Virus record (IMG/VR): IMGVR_UViG_3300010885_027635
Span: 27,667 to 91,666 of that record
DNA from: a virus
Reading direction: 5' to 3' (one strand)
DNA length: 64,000 bases
The notes under the pieces are model-generated. The model was not told the origin of the DNA. It saw only the letters and a list, made by a program, of their open reading frames with translations, and made no database searches. This document shows, piece by piece, positions 36,656-46,530 of this stretch. Numbering within the stretch: position 1 is the first letter of the stretch; each line of letters begins with the position of its first letter. Made by a program: the position numbers and the translations under genes.

Positions 36656-38425
36656 TTAAACTGCGGTAGAATAGCCACTGTCGTCAGAAGATTGCAGTGC
36701 AGTCTCTGCTTGTTGTATGTCCAATCGTTCGGCTACACTAGGCAAACTGGGATATTCATATACCGGCAACGGAATCTTGGCACTGCCAATAAATCGTTTG
36801 GTTGCGGCATCAACTGTTTTGCGATTTACAGTATTGTTGAATCCAGCAGCCACTTGTGTTCCAGAAACTAAATCGCCGCCTCCTCCGCCAAAGCCGCCAA
36901 AGTCGCCAAAGCCGCCAGCAAGATCTCCAAAACTGTTCAGGTCAAAACTACCTAGGTCAAAATTGCCAAAGTTGTCGGCTAAACTAGCAAAGCTACTGCT
37001 AAGATTGTCTGCTAGTCCACTTAGTTGTCCCTGAATATTTGTAAGTTGACCACTAAGCTGTCCTTGAAGATTGGTAAGTTGGCCACTTAGTTGTCCTTGA
37101 ATGGCACCTATGCTAGGAAGGCTGTTAAGACTAGACAATGGATTATTGAAGTTTGTGGCAAACTGACTGGCTTTACCAAGTATGTCCATTGACCCTGTTA
37201 AGTTTCCTAGCGAGCCAGGAACAAGATTTGTTAGGTTACTAGTGATTCCGTTTAGACTACTGCCAAATCCTCCAGTTAAACTCTGCAAGCTGCCAGTGAC
37301 TCCCCCAGCAAGATTAGTTAAACTTCCGCCAACAATGTTATTCAAGCTACCAGTAAGTGCAGAAACATTGCCAAGTCCACCGGCACCGGCCCATAAGGCA
37401 GTGGCGTCGCTACCAAACTTGCTGGCATTGGCAACCAATGCACCAATTTGACCAGTCACTTGGTTTGTTATACCCGTGACGCTGGTGCCAATGCCAGCAA
37501 CATTCAAGTTGGCTAGGCCGCCTAGGCTACTTAATCCAGAAGTCAAGCTGTTTGTAACACCCGATGCAATTGTACTTAAATTAGGTAACTGAAAGGATCC
37601 TGGTCTTGACAACAAGGAAAGAGCTAGACTTCCACCTAATTGTGCCAGAGATGAAAAAGTTTGTAATCCGTTGTTGGTATATATTGTGCCTTGGCTTGTG
37701 GTTGTTTGAGCAGACGGAACTGTACGAATAACTCCGGCGGCTTGTAAAGATTCAAACCCACTTTTCATAAGATCGGTTTGTATATTGTTTTGTAGGGTTT
37801 CATCACCAAGAATGGTATCTAACGATGTTACGCCGCCAAGCCCGGTCCACACACTAGGAGTATTCATTGTGTCTACAAAACTATTTGGATCATCGCTTAG
37901 ATATTTGGCACTGGTTCCAGGCTTGACATATCCGGCTTGTTCAAGTTGGTAGGCGGTAAGTCCGTATTTGCCAATGCCTTTTTCTAAGGTTATTTCATCG
38001 GCAGCCTGATCTACAATGTTAGTAATTTGTGCCAGTAGTTTTTGTACATCGTCACCACTAAGTGGGCCAATTGGATCAGGTACTAGGTCGCCGCCTTTGG
38101 CCAACACTATGTCAGCTTGGTTGATTGGGTTTGTTAATGGTGTATTAACAAGATCTGGAATGCCAGTGACTGTGGGCAATCCTAACACCACAGCAAGGGC
38201 TGTAGAACTTTCTACACCAGCTGTGCCACGTTCAAGACGACTGAGTTCAAATTTTACAGCTTTACTAGCAGCACTGGTCAGCGTTTGTCCTGATTCGTAG
38301 CCAACTAAACTTCCTGAAGCAACTTGTTCATAGAATATTCTATCAGCCTGAGCCTGTGTGGCACCAGTCGGTCCAACGACTCTAAATTTAGCACCTGACG
38401 GGAGAGTATAGTTAAAAATACTCAT
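36656..38425 (-). CDS. Baseplate/tail-associated protein with lysozyme-like segment and Gly/Ser/Leu-rich low-complexity region
   Basis: GIGKYGL...LEQAGYVKPG resembles a lysozyme-like fold; start MSIFNY (38425) overlaps the gp5 stop (ATGA). Confidence 0.5.
   Translation of the reverse strand: MSIFNYTLPSGAKFRVVGPTGATQAQADRIFYEQVASGSLVGYESGQTLTSAASKAVKFELSRLERGTAGVESSTALAVVLGLPTVTGIPDLVNTPLTNPINQADIVLAKGGDLVPDPIGPLSGDDVQKLLAQITNIVDQAADEITLEKGIGKYGLTAYQLEQAGYVKPGTSAKYLSDDPNSFVDTMNTPSVWTGLGGVTSLDTILGDETLQNNIQTDLMKSGFESLQAAGVIRTVPSAQTTTSQGTIYTNNGLQTFSSLAQLGGSLALSLLSRPGSFQLPNLSTIASGVTNSLTSGLSSLGGLANLNVAGIGTSVTGITNQVTGQIGALVANASKFGSDATALWAGAGGLGNVSALTGSLNNIVGGSLTNLAGGVTGSLQSLTGGFGSSLNGITSNLTNLVPGSLGNLTGSMDILGKASQFATNFNNPLSSLNSLPSIGAIQGQLSGQLTNLQGQLSGQLTNIQGQLSGLADNLSSSFASLADNFGNFDLGSFDLNSFGDLAGGFGDFGGFGGGGGDLVSGTQVAAGFNNTVNRKTVDAATKRFIGSAKIPLPVYEYPSLPSVAERLDIQQAETALQSSDDSGYSTAV
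37015..37100 (-). repeat. Degenerate 33-nt tandem repeat (QGQLSGQLTNL x~2.6)
   Basis: QGQLSGQLTNL-QGQLSGQLTNI-QGQLSG in the translation. Confidence 0.75.
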
Positions 38426-39954
38426 TCTTTGGTTATACTCCAATCATCTGGCACAGTGGGCGAATCAGGGCTGGCTGTAGTTTGACCTTTTTGTAAACTT
38501 ACACTGGCTGCTACACCTTGATTATGGTAAGGATACGGTTCGTGCGTTGGTGCACGAGTTACAATACTTTCTAGGCCAGTGGCACTTACGGTCCATCCGG
38601 TGCTGTTATTAAATGTAGTAGATGGCATTTTGGTTTTGGTAATACCCTTGGGTGTTGTTATGTCCCCAGCAGCACCACCATTGAGATTTAACACACCGCC
38701 TTTGAGACTTAGCGTGCTGCCACCATCAAAGGTTCCTGTTGTGCCTTTTAACGCCAAGGCTCCTTTGCTTTTAATGCCTAGTTTACTGCTGGAAAATAAA
38801 GTTAGCTCTTTTTTGCAGGCCACATCCAGGCCACCGTCACTTTGTATAGATGTGCTGGTCTTGCTTTTAATATTAATTGTTTTACCGGCATACATGTTGA
38901 TATCTTCGTCAGCATGTATGTTTACTGTACCTTGTGTTCTTAAGTTAATTGAGTTGGTACTAAACACATCTAGTGTGCCTTCTTGTCCTAGCTCAACCCA
39001 GGTTTGTCCGTTGGCGTGACAAATGTAAAAACAGTTACCGTCGTCGCTCATGGTTATTTGATGTCCTTTGGCAGTTCTAATACGAATCAAATTGTCGTTG
39101 CCTTCTAAATCACCATCGTCCATGACCAGGGTGTGGCCGCCTCTGCGAGCAACTACTTTAAGGCCGGCCAATGTTTGTTTGTTTAAGTTATCTAGTGCTT
39201 TGTCGTCACCTGTGCCACCAAGTCCGCCTTGATAAACTGCACGGCCCGGAGTGCTGATTCCATAACAGTTACTAGGACTTTCACGTTGGCTAGTGCTGCC
39301 AATACTGCCACGCACTGGATCAGCCAATAAGCCTTGTTGGAACAATGCAGCTGCCACAAATGAATGTACAGGTTTTTTCTCGTCAAAGAATCTGGGACTT
39401 TCGTTGGTCTTGGGATTTTTAACAGAATTGTTGATTTCAGTTACTGGCAGTAGTGGAGCATTTGCAGTATAAGTTCCTTGATTTTTATTTTGTACTTCGG
39501 CACGAGATTTGGGCACAGCACCAATAGCTGGAATCATATGATTGATACCGGGTTCAGGTATACAACCAATATAGTAACCTTGATTGGGATCGCCGTTGAC
39601 AAAAAAGCACAACACTCGTGTACCTATGTCGGGTGGTGTAAACCACATGCCATAACTTTGTTGGTTACCTGATAGGTATGTACCTGTGCCGGCACTGCCA
39701 CCCTTGGGTGTGGCTCCGTAAAATGGCGGACAATAACTCACTGTACGCCATAAGGATTGATCTGTTAGATTTTGAGTGCCATCTTTGTTGGTATCGGAAA
39801 ATTCTGCAACCACCACTTGTAAACGTCCGCCACGTGTCTGATCCACATTGTTGACTACTACGCCAACAAACGGACCCATTTCTGTGGGCATGCCCCCACG
39901 ATCAAGTTTGTATCCCTGGGGGCGTCCTCGACTGCGTTGTGTATTCTCTGCCAT
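38422..39954 (-). CDS. gp5: Baseplate central spike, gp5/VgrG-like
   Basis: OB-fold GMWFTPPDIGTRVLCFFVNGD, beta-helix repeats (GHTLVMDDGD, GHQITMSDD), C-terminal PTHEPYPYH; no lysozyme domain. Confidence 0.8.
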   Translation of the reverse strand: MAENTQRSRGRPQGYKLDRGGMPTEMGPFVGVVVNNVDQTRGGRLQVVVAEFSDTNKDGTQNLTDQSLWRTVSYCPPFYGATPKGGSAGTGTYLSGNQQSYGMWFTPPDIGTRVLCFFVNGDPNQGYYIGCIPEPGINHMIPAIGAVPKSRAEVQNKNQGTYTANAPLLPVTEINNSVKNPKTNESPRFFDEKKPVHSFVAAALFQQGLLADPVRGSIGSTSQRESPSNCYGISTPGRAVYQGGLGGTGDDKALDNLNKQTLAGLKVVARRGGHTLVMDDGDLEGNDNLIRIRTAKGHQITMSDDGNCFYICHANGQTWVELGQEGTLDVFSTNSINLRTQGTVNIHADEDINMYAGKTINIKSKTSTSIQSDGGLDVACKKELTLFSSSKLGIKSKGALALKGTTGTFDGGSTLSLKGGVLNLNGGAAGDITTPKGITKTKMPSTTFNNSTGWTVSATGLESIVTRAPTHEPYPYHNQGVAASVSLQKGQTTASPDSPTVPDDWSITKE

Positions 39955-42800
39955 TATGCCTCTCTCGCCATTATTTGTCCATCTTCAATTATACCGCCAT
40001 CTTCTGCATCTCCGCCAGCAGCATCAATTGGCTCAATGTCGCCATCTGATGTAGGGTCTTCGGGTCCTGGATCTATTTCTGGAATATCAAGTTGATTGTT
40101 GGCGTCTTCGGCTAGTGTAAATGTTCCGTCGCCGTTGTCAATCCATTCATCTTCAGTACCGGTTGTTGCTTCATCGATATTGGTCCACTCGCCGGGTGTA
40201 TTTTCAGTAGCAGCCGGGTTAGTAGTATCTCTAGTTCCTGCATTAGATCCAGTGCCAGCAGTGCCCGGTAATGTACCATTGCCAATTCTGCCAGCGGCAT
40301 TATTTACTCCGCCTGTGGCAGTGGGTCTACTTCCCAAGGCCGCATTTTTCTTAGCACCAGTGCCAGGACGACCCGACGCTTGACGATCCTTAAAGGTTTG
40401 ATCTGGCAAGTAAGTTAACAAGACTCCTTTGAGTGTTTGGGTAAACTTACCTCGAGAAAACTCACTCAGGCATTCGGTGGCTTGATACACATAACTTTGT
40501 CTGGTGGCTCCAGGTTTGTTATTACTTTGAAACACGGTATTTCGCACATTTGGATCAATAATACCTGTGGCAAGATTGTAGTCACTGGGAGTATTAATTA
40601 AAATTTCAAACAAAATTTGTTGACTGTCAAAGTTAATGGTGCCGTCGGCCATAAACGGATTAGGATTAAACGTTTTGGCAAATACCGGATTTACATCTCC
40701 TTGCTGAAGCCAGGCTGGATCGCCTATAATCTGCAATGTAGCACTGGCTAAATCACCTGGATTAAACAACGCATCTGTAAAGTTGGCACCAATTTCGTTG
40801 ACATTATTTTTGGCACCTTGATTGCTTTCGTTACTGTTGGGTTGGAAATTGGTTTTAATAGCATCTTGAATTATTGTTCCGCCCAGTTGTCCAGGATTGC
40901 CAGACATCACTGCATGATACAAAGCATTGTAACTTTGTTCATAGCTAAGAACCTGTGTGTTTTCTCCGGTGAACCAATAGTTGTATTCTTTGTGTACTCC
41001 ATTGAATTTGGGTATTTGATAATAGTTGGAGATCAAGTTACTGAGCTTGTAAGGGCTGACCACATACTTGATATCGTAGGCATAGTCATTGCGTTTAGGA
41101 TCATATTTCTTGGGCGTGGCCACCATGTTGATTTTGAAACTGGCCACATTGTTGCCAGGTTTGCCATTGGATTCCAATTTGCCGCTGGGTTGTTCACTGG
41201 CTTTGACAATGGCCTGATCAGTAACATAACTGCTGTTTTGTAGAATCTTGGTTATGAACTGTACAATTTGTGTTCCGGCTACTACACTGAGATTTCTAGT
41301 TTTGTTATCTACACGATTCTTGGCTGGGTCTTTTGCGTCGGCCGCTGTGGCAGGCTTGGACGACCCAGTTTGATTCTTTTCTGGATTCTTGACTTGTATT
41401 GTTGCTTGTTCTAGACTAGGGTTGGCAAATTCTACGCTATAGGTGTCTGCGTAGGTATAAATTCCCTTTTTAACCAACTCTTGTTGAAATTGATTGAGTG
41501 CCGAAAACAATCCTTGACGTATTGTAGGTTTTGGTGAGGGAGCTGAACTGGCCTTGGGTGGTGCAGACGGTGCATTGGCTTCGGCACTGCCTTCGGCTCC
41601 AGGTGCCTCAGATGTTGTGGTGCTTTCTCGTTCATTAGTGGTAGGCACAGCGGTTGCACCAGCAACTGTACGCGACCCTGTGACTTGATCTGCGGCATTG
41701 GTGTCGTTGACTGGTTTTCCAGTTTTTCCATCTACTATTTGTGCCGGGCCGTTGAGGGCTTCTTTTACTGTCATTCCGCCTAGCTCAACATTGTATGGAA
41801 TACTACCACGTACTGCACCAGCTGCAACTTGTGTGCTGACGGCAGTGCCGGTTACTTCATATTCTACAACTTTGTTGGCCACTTTGAATTTAATATCACT
41901 TATGGTAATGGGATAAAATTTTTCAACAAATGCACTGCCAGCACCGGTGCCGTTGAATACTCCAGGCACGCCGCCTTGAACTAATTTTCCAGTATCGTCA
42001 TAGCCATAGAATCTCATGACCAAAAGATAAACAGCTGACGCATAGTTTTTCTTTTTTTCACCGGCACCGCCCAGATACGATTGCACAGCTTTATCAAGAT
42101 TTGGTATTAAGGATATGCCATTGGGTTCTGTAATGGTAAATTTTACATCGTTAACATTGTGTGCGGCATTGGTTCCTTTGCCTGTGATTACGCTTTTAAG
42201 AACAATTTTGTCAATATAATAATCATTGGAAAAATAAGGATTGCGTCCGCCCACTGGGGCACCACCACTTTGAATCAATAACTGACTGCCGGCTATGGTT
42301 TTTTTTGATGACTTCATCAACTGTGTGTAAGCTTCGGGCTTCATCAAGTATAAACTGGCTGCATAGGTATAACTACCGTACTGATCTAATATGTTGGCCT
42401 GTGGTATAATTTTGCCAGTGTTGAACACTCCATCGATTGCAGTTCTGGTGGTGTTTTTAGTTACAGCCCCAGAGTCGTCTCCGGGTGCTCCTACTCCGCC
42501 TTGTGTGGTTGCTCGGCCTGGGGAAAAATTGCCACGGGCATTGGGATTAGAAGGTGGCGTGGCCTGTGTGTCGTTTAATGTTCTAATTGGATCGTTGGTG
42601 CCAACTTCAACATCTTCAGCGGTTATTCTGCCTTCAACATCAATGGGTTCCGGTGCTGGATCATCGGGTGGGTTGCCAGCATAAGCGTCATCACTGCGAG
42701 CCTGTGCTTCTTCAGTAACAACATCTCCAGCACTGTCAACAGGTGCTAGGTCTGGATCGGTTCCGGCTAGGCCAGCAGCATAATCGTAGTCTTCGGCCAT
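39954..42800 (-). CDS. Baseplate hub protein (gp27-like)
   Basis: Between the gp53-like and gp5-like genes; FTITEP.G, YNYWFTG.N, IIGDP.W, F.RGKFTQ.L; acidic disordered termini. Confidence 0.6.
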   Translation of the reverse strand: MAEDYDYAAGLAGTDPDLAPVDSAGDVVTEEAQARSDDAYAGNPPDDPAPEPIDVEGRITAEDVEVGTNDPIRTLNDTQATPPSNPNARGNFSPGRATTQGGVGAPGDDSGAVTKNTTRTAIDGVFNTGKIIPQANILDQYGSYTYAASLYLMKPEAYTQLMKSSKKTIAGSQLLIQSGGAPVGGRNPYFSNDYYIDKIVLKSVITGKGTNAAHNVNDVKFTITEPNGISLIPNLDKAVQSYLGGAGEKKKNYASAVYLLVMRFYGYDDTGKLVQGGVPGVFNGTGAGSAFVEKFYPITISDIKFKVANKVVEYEVTGTAVSTQVAAGAVRGSIPYNVELGGMTVKEALNGPAQIVDGKTGKPVNDTNAADQVTGSRTVAGATAVPTTNERESTTTSEAPGAEGSAEANAPSAPPKASSAPSPKPTIRQGLFSALNQFQQELVKKGIYTYADTYSVEFANPSLEQATIQVKNPEKNQTGSSKPATAADAKDPAKNRVDNKTRNLSVVAGTQIVQFITKILQNSSYVTDQAIVKASEQPSGKLESNGKPGNNVASFKINMVATPKKYDPKRNDYAYDIKYVVSPYKLSNLISNYYQIPKFNGVHKEYNYWFTGENTQVLSYEQSYNALYHAVMSGNPGQLGGTIIQDAIKTNFQPNSNESNQGAKNNVNEIGANFTDALFNPGDLASATLQIIGDPAWLQQGDVNPVFAKTFNPNPFMADGTINFDSQQILFEILINTPSDYNLATGIIDPNVRNTVFQSNNKPGATRQSYVYQATECLSEFSRGKFTQTLKGVLLTYLPDQTFKDRQASGRPGTGAKKNAALGSRPTATGGVNNAAGRIGNGTLPGTAGTGSNAGTRDTTNPAATENTPGEWTNIDEATTGTEDEWIDNGDGTFTLAEDANNQLDIPEIDPGPEDPTSDGDIEPIDAAGGDAEDGGIIEDGQIMAREA

Positions 42801-42801
42801 G

Positions 42802-43104
42802 TTAGAATCCTAGTACTGATCGTAAGGTAGTAATTTTGGGTAGATAAATTGTGGTACCGGCTTTGAAATCCAAAGGTGGTGCTGTTAAGGTGTTGGGATT
42901 GCGTTGATAAAATACCCACCAAAGATTTGGCGTATCATACAAGTCATATGCCAACATATCAGGTCGGTATTGATAAGTCACATTGATTTTAAACAAGCGA
43001 TCGTCGTTTTCTTTGGGTATAGGACGATTGGTCATTACATCCAAGAAAAATTGACTGTATCCTGTAGTAAAGTACGGACTGGTTGAATCGTAAGTGGTGG
43101 CCAT
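42802..43104 (-). CDS. gp53: Baseplate wedge gp53-like (LysM-like)
   Basis: YQYRPDMLAYDLY...LWWVF...G..IYLP. Confidence 0.75.
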   Translation of the reverse strand: MATTYDSTSPYFTTGYSQFFLDVMTNRPIPKENDDRLFKINVTYQYRPDMLAYDLYDTPNLWWVFYQRNPNTLTAPPLDFKAGTTIYLPKITTLRSVLGF

Positions 43105-45461
43105 TACCAGAATCCTCCTTTAATTAAATTGCCATTGGCAAATTCTTTGACGCTAAACTGTTTGCTGACCTGTTGACGGCTTTGTATTGGTAACAATGTG
43201 ATTGAAATTTCCATCTTGGTAGGTACATAGGTTGGACTATTTAATCCCAGTGTAGGTGGTGCTGGAGGATTGTCTATAGCACCTTTGCTGATACCTTGTG
43301 CCAGCAATTGTGCCCATCTGCCCAGGTTGCCGCCACCAGGAATTGATACATCTTGACGGGCTCGCTGATTGGTTAGATTTATTCCTACATTGTTGGGACT
43401 GCCAGCACGTATGTAGTCTACGTCTGTGGGCAAGTTAAGATTGAACTGGCTGACCACGCAAGGATGCTCATTGAATTGATATTGACCAAGTCCAGACAAA
43501 AATACCAGCGGTGGAGGAGCTCCACGCTGTGCATCTTGTCCGTAGAACATTTTGGTCACAGATTTGAAGAAAGTAATCACAGCCAACAAGTAATTGGCTT
43601 CGCCACTGCTTTGTGCTGTAAACGGACACCTAAGGTTAACAGCATCAACATAACTGCCTTTGTAAAAATAACCTTTGTAGTTTGAATGTGTTAGAGTATA
43701 AGGATCATAGTCGGCTTTGTAAGCAGTATCAATTGTGGGCAGGTAAGGAAATAATACACCGTCGGTAATTGACAGTGGTTGCATAATTCCAGGACTAGGT
43801 GATTTGTAAAGATAATTGGCACTGGGTGCTAGTCTTAATCTCACACGCCAGTCGCCGTTATTGACCTGGCGACGTTGGTTTGCTATGGTTTGCTGTTGAC
43901 GTGCTTGGTCTATCAATCCTTGTGTAATTGATGCAGCACCAGCAGCGGCTTCTTGATCAAACAATGATTGAACATTGATTCCACCATCGCCAGCATCAAC
44001 TCCGTTGGCAGCAGCAATAGCATTTAACTGTTCTGGAGTATACTGATTTGGACTACGAGCCACATCTGATGCCGAAACATCAGGGTCAGGAATTGGCACC
44101 AACTCTTGTTCTTCGGCCTGGCTTTCTGGAATGTCTTCAGCAACAGTATATACACCGGGCTCTGTTTCTACAAAATTCCCGCCGGCAGTGGGATCTTGTT
44201 CTGGGTCAACTGGAGGCGGTATTTCTACTAGATCAGTATTGGCTTCAGCGGCGTCAGCAAGGTCTTGATTTAATTGTGCGTTGGCCGCTTCACTGTCATC
44301 GTAAGGTGCTACCGGAACTTGATCTAATTCGCTTAGTGGCACTGGATCTTCAACTGGTGCTTGTGCTTCTGCATCAACAGCAGGATCTACATTATTGGCA
44401 TCAAACTGTACTGAAGTCTCGGGCACTGGATCGGTAACTGGTGCATCTACTACCACAGGAGTGTTGTCATAAAATCCACTGCTTACTTCACTAGGTAATT
44501 CTGGTACTTCAGGATTAATATTAGGATTTACATCTGTTGGGAAAGTATCTACCTCACTAACAGAAACCAACGGTGTTTCATCTAGTGCGGCTGTGGGTGC
44601 AAAGGCAGGACCAGTTTGTACGTCTGCTTCGCTAAAAGATTGTACAAATTGTTCGTAGTAGGCATCACTTAATGGATCAGTTGGTGTAGTCTGTACCGAA
44701 CTAACAGGTACCGGATCAATGGGAGTATAAAAATCTCCGTACTCATTTTGCAACTGAGGAGAGGTGGCAACGGTTTGTACTGAACTGGCAGGTACCGGAT
44801 CAATGGGAGTATAAAAATCTCCGTACTCATTTTGAAATTGTGGGCCTGTTGGTGTTGTTTTTACTGAGCTGGCCGACACAGTAGATGAGGCAGGAGTAAA
44901 AAAATCAGCAATGCTGGCAAATGTATTTCCAATGCTGGTTTGAATACTGCTAAGGCTAGGAAAACTAATATTGCTGACAGCATCAACCAAGGTTGGCTGA
45001 CTCACGCCAATAGCTGGTAATCCCAACCTGGCACGAATAAACGGATCAGTAGGATCTGCTCCACCCAGGGCACTTAACTGTGCTGGCGTTAATCCCGATG
45101 TAGCCGAATTGGTGTTAATTTCAGAAGTTGGAACAGTTCCGCCAAATTTGAGAATCTGCTGTGCTTGCTCCTCTGTGATTGCCCCAGCTTGAAGCTGAGC
45201 AATTACATTTTGTGTAGGTAACGGTGTGTACACATCGCCATATTCATTTAGTTCTTGCCCGACGGAAACTGTGCTGTCTGTTTGAACCGCAGTAGCTGCT
45301 GGGGGCACCGCTGGTGGCGGCACTTCTTGAAGTTGAACAGCTTGTGTTTCAGGAATTGCGTTATTTCCTGACACTACATTGTTAACCCAGATTTTATACT
45401 CAGCATCGGTTATTTCGATAAAAGGGCCAGTGGGGTTATTAGGGTCTGGTATAAATGGCAT
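43104..45461 (-). CDS. Tail tube initiator / gp48-like domain with long acidic Pro-rich N-terminal extension
   Basis: C-terminal DWRVRL, GVLFPYLPTI, HSNY, KSVTKMFYG, GAPPPLVFLSGLG; about 500 aa of low-complexity N-terminus. Confidence 0.6.
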   Translation of the reverse strand: MPFIPDPNNPTGPFIEITDAEYKIWVNNVVSGNNAIPETQAVQLQEVPPPAVPPAATAVQTDSTVSVGQELNEYGDVYTPLPTQNVIAQLQAGAITEEQAQQILKFGGTVPTSEINTNSATSGLTPAQLSALGGADPTDPFIRARLGLPAIGVSQPTLVDAVSNISFPSLSSIQTSIGNTFASIADFFTPASSTVSASSVKTTPTGPQFQNEYGDFYTPIDPVPASSVQTVATSPQLQNEYGDFYTPIDPVPVSSVQTTPTDPLSDAYYEQFVQSFSEADVQTGPAFAPTAALDETPLVSVSEVDTFPTDVNPNINPEVPELPSEVSSGFYDNTPVVVDAPVTDPVPETSVQFDANNVDPAVDAEAQAPVEDPVPLSELDQVPVAPYDDSEAANAQLNQDLADAAEANTDLVEIPPPVDPEQDPTAGGNFVETEPGVYTVAEDIPESQAEEQELVPIPDPDVSASDVARSPNQYTPEQLNAIAAANGVDAGDGGINVQSLFDQEAAAGAASITQGLIDQARQQQTIANQRRQVNNGDWRVRLRLAPSANYLYKSPSPGIMQPLSITDGVLFPYLPTIDTAYKADYDPYTLTHSNYKGYFYKGSYVDAVNLRCPFTAQSSGEANYLLAVITFFKSVTKMFYGQDAQRGAPPPLVFLSGLGQYQFNEHPCVVSQFNLNLPTDVDYIRAGSPNNVGINLTNQRARQDVSIPGGGNLGRWAQLLAQGISKGAIDNPPAPPTLGLNSPTYVPTKMEISITLLPIQSRQQVSKQFSVKEFANGNLIKGGFW
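44705..44834. repeat. Exact 46-bp direct repeat (period 84 nt) inside a CDS
   Basis: CAGGTACCGGATCAATGGGAGTATAAAAATCTCCGTACTCATTTTG at 44705-44750 and 44789-44834. Confidence 0.95.
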
Positions 45462-45479
45462 GGTATTTTTCCTATCATA

Positions 45480-45485
45480 TATTTA
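45480..45485 (-). promoter_or_regulatory. Late promoter for the baseplate operon
   Basis: TAAATA 18 nt upstream of the 45461 start; the same motif precedes 36637, 36217, 18040, 17245, 59609, 61458 and 61788. Confidence 0.65.
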
Positions 45486-45520
45486 CCGGTAAAATAAACC
45501 ACCCAGATTATGATTTCCGG

Positions 45521-45553
45521 TTGACAACTGTGGTTTTTGTGCTACAATAAATA
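45521..45553 (+). promoter_or_regulatory. Sigma70 promoter plus overlapping late motif for gp55
   Basis: TTGACA-16 nt-TACAAT with extended TGn, overlapping TAAATA (45548-45553), followed by AGGAG RBS. Confidence 0.7.
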
Positions 45554-45573
45554 TATTATTAGGAGATTCGTTA

Positions 45574-46485
45574 GTGTCAACTACATCCACAAGAACACCA
45601 GCAAAAACCAATTATCTCAACAACAGAGATATCTTAAAACAAATACACCTTAGCAAAAACACCTACTGTGCATACCTAGATCCTGTAACGGATCACCAGT
45701 ACGACATCATTCTACCCACTGTAGAAAAAATTAATCAGCGTACTATTGCCGAAGCTCGTCGCAACAAAGCAGATCGTTTAAAGCGTGAAGGTGTCATAGT
45801 AGACCCTAAAAAAATTGCCAATACCGACTTGGTATTCCGCATTACCTGTTGGGAACACATACCCATGGCACCCAAAAAAGTGCCCAAAACTGCGGCTAAA
45901 AAGAAAAAAATAGAAGATATTTTTGAACTAGACCTGGCAGAAGAAGATCCCTTGGCTGACCTGTTGGACATTCCTGTGCTGGACGAAAAGCATGTACGCT
46001 TGAACTTTCCGCCGTTTTATCATTATCGATTGGATGAGAACAAACAGCCATTCCAAGTAGGTAAAAGTCACTGGGTTGGCGATTTTGAACATGGAGAATT
46101 CAGCAAGGATCACGGACAAACTACACGCACACTTGCTACCATGTACATGAAGCTGTGCGAACGTTATGCTACTCGTAGCAACTGGAGAGGATACACTTAC
46201 AATGAAGAAATGCGTGGACAAGCCTTGTTGCAGTTAAGTCAAATTGGCTTACAGTTCGATGAGTCAAAAAGTCAAAACCCATTTGCCTATTATACTGCTG
46301 CCATTACCAACAGCTTTACTCGCATTCTCAATTTAGAAAAGAAAAATCAAAACATACGTGACGATGTATTAGAGATGAACGGACTTAATCCTTCATGGAC
46401 TCGACAAAACTCTGGCAAGAAAAATCCCAACTTTGGATCTGTTGTTACAAATATTGACATTGCCGAATATAACGACGAAACTTAA
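45574..46485 (+). CDS. gp55: Late-transcription sigma factor gp55-like
   Basis: NYLNN.D, NWRGYTYNEEM, FDESKSQNPFAYYT..I.NSF.R.L..EKK. Confidence 0.85.
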   Translation: MSTTSTRTPAKTNYLNNRDILKQIHLSKNTYCAYLDPVTDHQYDIILPTVEKINQRTIAEARRNKADRLKREGVIVDPKKIANTDLVFRITCWEHIPMAPKKVPKTAAKKKKIEDIFELDLAEEDPLADLLDIPVLDEKHVRLNFPPFYHYRLDENKQPFQVGKSHWVGDFEHGEFSKDHGQTTRTLATMYMKLCERYATRSNWRGYTYNEEMRGQALLQLSQIGLQFDESKSQNPFAYYTAAITNSFTRILNLEKKNQNIRDDVLEMNGLNPSWTRQNSGKKNPNFGSVVTNIDIAEYNDET

Positions 46486-46489
46486 CCAG

Positions 46490-46511
46490 ATGGGTTGCGA
46501 AACCCATTTTT
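46490..46511 (+). terminator. Intrinsic terminator after gp55
   Basis: ATGGGTT-GCGA-AACCCAT followed by TTTT. Confidence 0.7.
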
Positions 46512-46523
46512 ATAGTGTATACT
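46495..46523 (+). promoter_or_regulatory. Sigma70-like promoter for gp47/gp46
   Basis: TTGCGA-17 nt-TATACT. Confidence 0.55.
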
Positions 46524-46530
46524 CTAGGAT

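Noticed and set aside
18409-44437. Many short plus-strand ORFs within the tail module
   Set aside because: Antisense shadows of long minus-strand structural genes with no independent signals
44705-44834. CRISPR-like repeat-spacer-repeat (46-bp repeat, 38-bp spacer)
   Set aside because: Only two copies, in frame within a CDS (84-nt period), the spacer resembles adjacent coding sequence, and no cas genes are present
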